Translations under genes and position numbers: made by a program
The notes under the pieces: generated by a model
The model's input: only the letters and a program-made list of their open reading frames with translations
What the model was told of the DNA's origin: nothing
Databases searched by the model: none
Assembly (NCBI GenBank): GCA_051861545.1
Contig: JBIMKP010000004.1
Coordinates: 41,647-105,646 of the forward strand
DNA from: Bacteroidia bacterium
GTDB lineage: Bacteria > Bacteroidota > Bacteroidia > UKL13-3
DNA: 64,000 bases
Direction of reading: 5' to 3'
Shown here: piece after piece, positions 60,049 through 64,000 of the stretch
Layout of the letters: each line of letters opens with the position of its first letter
How positions within the stretch are numbered: the stretch's first letter is position 1

Positions 60049-60824
60049 TCTGATTTAAAATCTAATTGCAATCCATCATAAGCCAAATGAATATGACTTG
60101 GTAATTCTTTTTCAACTTCATCATGCAAACCCAATTGATGACTAATATGAGTTAAAAAAGCTTCTTGTGGATTTAATTCGTTTATTAATTCAACTGCTTC
60201 ATCTAAAGTAAAATGAGAGATATGTTTCTCTCTACGTAATGCATTTAAAACAAGATATTTACATCCCTTAATTTTCTCTTTTTCTCCATCACTAATTGCA
60301 TTCGCATCAGTTATATAAACGAATTCGCCAAATCGAAAACCTAAAACAGGTAATTTATGATGTAAAACCCTAATAGGTCTAATTACATTTCCGAATAACT
60401 CAAAACTTTCAGTGCCAATTCTATGAATATTCATTTCAGGAACACCAGGATATTTAGGCTCTGTAAAAGCATAATGAAATTCAGAGCGAATTGAATTTTC
60501 AACCCATTCTTCGCAATAGACATCAATTGCCTTTTTCATAATGAAGTTAAATCCTCTTATATCATCTAATCCAGCTAAATGATCTCTATGTGCATGAGTA
60601 AATAATATGGCATCTAAATGTCGAATTCCAGAAACCAACATTTGTTCTCTAAAATCGGGGCCAGTATCTACAACAATATTTCTATCATCAGTTTGAATTA
60701 AAATACTCGACCTCAATCTTTTATCACGTTTATTTGTAGAAGAGCATACCAAACAATCACATGCAATAATTGGCACGCCTTGTGAGGTTCCTGTTCCTAA
60801 AAATGTTACTTTCATTCTAGGCAC
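60045..60824 (-). CDS. MBL-fold metallo-hydrolase
   Basis: HAHRDHLAG (HxHxDH) and the downstream His/Asp pattern; 259 aa. Confidence 0.8.
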   Translation of the reverse strand: MPRMKVTFLGTGTSQGVPIIACDCLVCSSTNKRDKRLRSSILIQTDDRNIVVDTGPDFREQMLVSGIRHLDAILFTHAHRDHLAGLDDIRGFNFIMKKAIDVYCEEWVENSIRSEFHYAFTEPKYPGVPEMNIHRIGTESFELFGNVIRPIRVLHHKLPVLGFRFGEFVYITDANAISDGEKEKIKGCKYLVLNALRREKHISHFTLDEAVELINELNPQEAFLTHISHQLGLHDEVEKELPSHIHLAYDGLQLDFKSE

Positions 60825-60884
60825 AAATTATAGAATAATCTTGAAAAGTAATTTGCAAAAAGCAAATTTTATAAAATTCTTCAA

Positions 60885-62342
60885 CTAACTAATTTTAACA
60901 TAAACTTTTTTGCCATTAAGTTTTTTTTCTTTTTCCCACTCTACTGCCAAAAACATATATGCCCAGGTAAAATAAATAATATATCCAGTAGGTTGTTGAC
61001 CTAAAACTTGATTTCCGTAACTAGCGGCTGCAATTCCAAAAAAGCCTGCAGTTAGAGCAATAATCTTTTGCCGCAGTTTTGGCTCTTGAATACGAAAACA
61101 ATTAATAACTCCATAAATGAGAATAATTATTAAGGATGAAATATGAATATATAATCCAATGATTCCTGTTTCCACCCAAACTTTTACATACCAACTATCT
61201 AATGCGGTTTCAGCCAAAAACGAACCCGGCGTAAATCTTTGTCCCCAGCTACCACCAGAGCCAATTCCACCACCTAAAGGACGAGAAGCTAAATATGCCT
61301 TTAGTTTTTTCTGGTTATCTAACCTTACTTGAAGCGAAGCATCATTTGGATCCAGAGCTGTTCTCATTCTATGAATTTGGTAATTAGCATCACCTATATG
61401 TGTGTATTTTAGGGCTCCAAATAATAATCCACCAATAATACCACCAATGATTAGAATTCGAACATTTCCGATTAAAAACAAATAGAGGGCCCCTCCTGCT
61501 GCTAAAACAAATAATGGTCCTCTGCTACCTGATAATGCATACCCCCAAAAACATACAGCAACAACAATCCAATAAAAGTATTTTACTTTTTTCTCAAAAG
61601 GACCAATAGCCATTAATAATGCAAATAAAGTAGAATGTGCCATTGCTGCGCCAAATTGCCCAGCATCTGAATAAAATGAAAAAATTCTTAATTGGCCTTG
61701 AATCTCATGTGTAATACTTCCTCCATTATCTAACCATTTTCTTTCGCCTGCTGTAACTCCTAAATAATGCATTTTAAATCCATAAAATGCTGATACTAAA
61801 CTCCAAATCATCCAGATAATAATAAATCTATCTAATTCTTCCTCAGTATCCATTATTACATAAATTAATGCAACAATTTGCATTGGATAAAATGACAATC
61901 CTCTAACGGCATAAAACCAAGCTTCTTTACTTCTAGCTTCTGGATTTACTAATTCAACAAAAGTAAATAAAAACCAAGCGAACATTATCCAAAACAATGG
62001 GCTAGTAAAGCTTCTATACCCTTGTTTATCAGACTTTTTAAAGATTAAGGCAACAATACATAGTAAAAGTAAAAAATCAACTCCTAAACCCCAGGGAATA
62101 TTACCATCTATAAATCGTGTAATTCCATTTGAGATAAATGATAAATGAAAACTATATAGTAATGCTAAAATAGGTTTATAAAAAATACTAACTAAAAATA
62201 CTATTATGAATGGTAAGGCAATTAAAAAACCGATGGTGGCAACTTGCCCTTTCCCAATCATATAGCCTATGATGGCAGCTATTAATATAAAACCCATTAA
62301 AGGTTTTAAATCATTCCGAATACTTTTTAATAATTCAGACAA
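60885..62342 (-). CDS. O-antigen ligase/polymerase-like (Wzy_C) membrane protein
   Basis: 485 aa, more than 10 TM spans, with a large loop around SGSRGPL...; adjacent to a chain-length determinant gene. Confidence 0.65.
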   Translation of the reverse strand: MSELLKSIRNDLKPLMGFILIAAIIGYMIGKGQVATIGFLIALPFIIVFLVSIFYKPILALLYSFHLSFISNGITRFIDGNIPWGLGVDFLLLLCIVALIFKKSDKQGYRSFTSPLFWIMFAWFLFTFVELVNPEARSKEAWFYAVRGLSFYPMQIVALIYVIMDTEEELDRFIIIWMIWSLVSAFYGFKMHYLGVTAGERKWLDNGGSITHEIQGQLRIFSFYSDAGQFGAAMAHSTLFALLMAIGPFEKKVKYFYWIVVAVCFWGYALSGSRGPLFVLAAGGALYLFLIGNVRILIIGGIIGGLLFGALKYTHIGDANYQIHRMRTALDPNDASLQVRLDNQKKLKAYLASRPLGGGIGSGGSWGQRFTPGSFLAETALDSWYVKVWVETGIIGLYIHISSLIIILIYGVINCFRIQEPKLRQKIIALTAGFFGIAAASYGNQVLGQQPTGYIIYFTWAYMFLAVEWEKEKKLNGKKVYVKIS

Positions 62343-62348
62343 AATATA

Positions 62349-64000
62349 TTAATATTTTTGGCCCCCTAATGCTAATTTTAGCTTTCGACGAAAATTAGAT
62401 CGTTTCTTAGGAATTTCACCATAAATTGATTCTAATAAATCAGGTTCTACATGATTCAAAATCACTTTAATTTTTCCTTCACACAATTTTTGGTAATTTT
62501 TCAATTGAAAACGGTCAGCATTTGTCCAAGATTTTTGAGCATGTACAACCAAAATAGACAAATTTGATATTGAAATGAGTTGCGATGGAATTGGATATTT
62601 TTTTAATTCGGGAATTTCTAAAATGGTATAAGATATATCATCATTTGGACCTGATTCATTCTCTCGTAAAAAATCATTAATACCATTATAATCAATGATA
62701 TCTTCATTAACCTTATATACTTGAGTAACAACTTTAGGATTATTTTCACTCAATTGAGCATCTAATACTTGTGAAGTTTCTGGATAAAGATATAAAACCT
62801 TATTTCGGATTCTTGATAGCTTTTTCACCAATTCTTCTGCGAAAAATGATTTCCCCTCACCTGACTTTACACTAAAAATGGCAATTAAATAATTTTTGCT
62901 ATGAGGATTACTTTGTCTCAAATCAATAAAAACTTCATTAACTACTTGTTGCATCATTGAAGAAGCAACTTCATCAATTCCAATTAATTTTGAATTTATT
63001 CCTTGTTTTTCAGGTAAGGCATTCAATAATGGTAAACCCAATATACTTTCTACTTTATCTGGCGACCTTAATGATTTATTAGTTAGTTCTTTGCCAATGT
63101 AAAATGAAAGTAACAAAACTAAACCAGCAATAAAACTACCAACAATTAATAAGGCTCTTTTTGAAGGAAGCGGTTGAAGTGGAAAAAATGGATTATCGAT
63201 AACTTTGAGATTATTACTCATTTCTAAACTTTGTTGTCTAAGTTTAGCTAAGTTTAAACCATGCAAAACCGACAAATACTCTTTTTCATTTACTGAAATT
63301 TCTCTTTCTAATCTTCCTAATGTTGAACCTAATGGTGCAAATTCTTGATAAATACCTTCGTATTGCTTCATTCGCATTTCAAATACTTGAAGCCTTCCTT
63401 TAGATTCTTCTAATTCAATAATCTTGCTCAACCATTCATTTAACAAAGATTCTTGAGGAACCCATTCTATTGAATTATTGAATTCGTAATAGTCTCTTGC
63501 CTTTTCTTTAAGTTTAATTTTTATAGCTTCTGCTTGGTCTTTTAAGTCTGCAATATTTTCTGCATTTGCTTTGTAAATTGAAGCATTCGTAATTTTAAAA
63601 TTGATATTTGCTAAGTCTTGTCGCAATGTAACCAACTCCTCATTGTAGCCCACAAAATCGGAATAGTTGTTCATTTTTTCCTCTATTCTGGTTGTAGCTT
63701 TTTGAGCAGCTTCCAATTTCATTTTTTCTTTGTAGTAATCTGTCGACAAATCCTCTTTAGACTCTGCAACAAATTTTGCTTGTTCGTAATAATTAATGAT
63801 TTTATTGTTTACACCAAAATCTCTCAGTTTATTTTCTGAAGATTGTAAAACAGAAAATGCATGTTGTAGTTGTTGTTCGAAATATTTAACGACATTTTGA
63901 GTTTCGGAACCTTTTATTCCTCTATATCTCATTGAAAATGCCTCAATATAAAACTTCATAGCATTCCAACAAACACCAGGATCATTAGACTTCAGCGACA
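62349..64000 (-). CDS. Polysaccharide chain-length determinant / Wzc(GumC)-like protein with a P-loop domain (5' end beyond the window)
   Basis: Long coiled-coil periplasmic region, a TM span (ALLIVGSFIAGLVLLLSFYIG), and P-loop SVKSGEGKS. The reading frame stays open from 63959 to the window edge, so the real start is probably outside. Confidence 0.7.
   Translation of the reverse strand, partial: SLKSNDPGVCWNAMKFYIEAFSMRYRGIKGSETQNVVKYFEQQLQHAFSVLQSSENKLRDFGVNNKIINYYEQAKFVAESKEDLSTDYYKEKMKLEAAQKATTRIEEKMNNYSDFVGYNEELVTLRQDLANINFKITNASIYKANAENIADLKDQAEAIKIKLKEKARDYYEFNNSIEWVPQESLLNEWLSKIIELEESKGRLQVFEMRMKQYEGIYQEFAPLGSTLGRLEREISVNEKEYLSVLHGLNLAKLRQQSLEMSNNLKVIDNPFFPLQPLPSKRALLIVGSFIAGLVLLLSFYIGKELTNKSLRSPDKVESILGLPLLNALPEKQGINSKLIGIDEVASSMMQQVVNEVFIDLRQSNPHSKNYLIAIFSVKSGEGKSFFAEELVKKLSRIRNKVLYLYPETSQVLDAQLSENNPKVVTQVYKVNEDIIDYNGINDFLRENESGPNDDISYTILEIPELKKYPIPSQLISISNLSILVVHAQKSWTNADRFQLKNYQKLCEGKIKVILNHVEPDLLESIYGEIPKKRSNFRRKLKLALGGQKY

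Overview
This 64 kb window looks like chromosomal DNA from a low-GC Bacteroidota genome (Flavobacteriia/Cytophagia-like). The taxon call rests on several C-terminal T9SS sorting domains, TonB-dependent receptors and TAnnTTTG-type -7 boxes. I support about 50 protein genes. I recognised no rRNA, tRNA, CRISPR array, integrase or prophage. Housekeeping anchors are mnmA, gyrA, trxB, ytxJ, hbd and fdhD.

Other content, in order:
- a LytTR two-component pair next to a 2066-aa T9SS Ig/LamG adhesin
- four secreted peptidases (S8, M16, M1, M43)
- an Lhr-type helicase
- a di-haem cytochrome c peroxidase followed by two paralogous lipoproteins
- a LacI-controlled sugar locus without SusD (TonB receptor, Na+/solute symporter, GH100-like hydrolase, PfkB kinase)
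- an NTPase-MobA fusion with FdhD
- the start of an exopolysaccharide locus (Wzy-like and Wzc-like)

The most unusual region is 45.95-47.54 kb. A single IS200/RAYT-type Y1 (HUH) transposase gene sits inside a same-orientation array of ~183-bp structured repeats. Each unit has three 6-bp/5-nt-loop hairpins and a 13-bp long-range stem, and the stems show compensatory changes between copies.

Secondary leads:
- an overlapping GNAT-like + HTH two-gene cassette with repeated GTATAC-containing boxes in its promoter (52.77-53.82 kb)
- a 61-bp tandem repeat of stacked palindromes in the 3' region of a TPR gene (25.5-25.73 kb)

All functional calls come from motifs read in the supplied translations. 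No database search was run.
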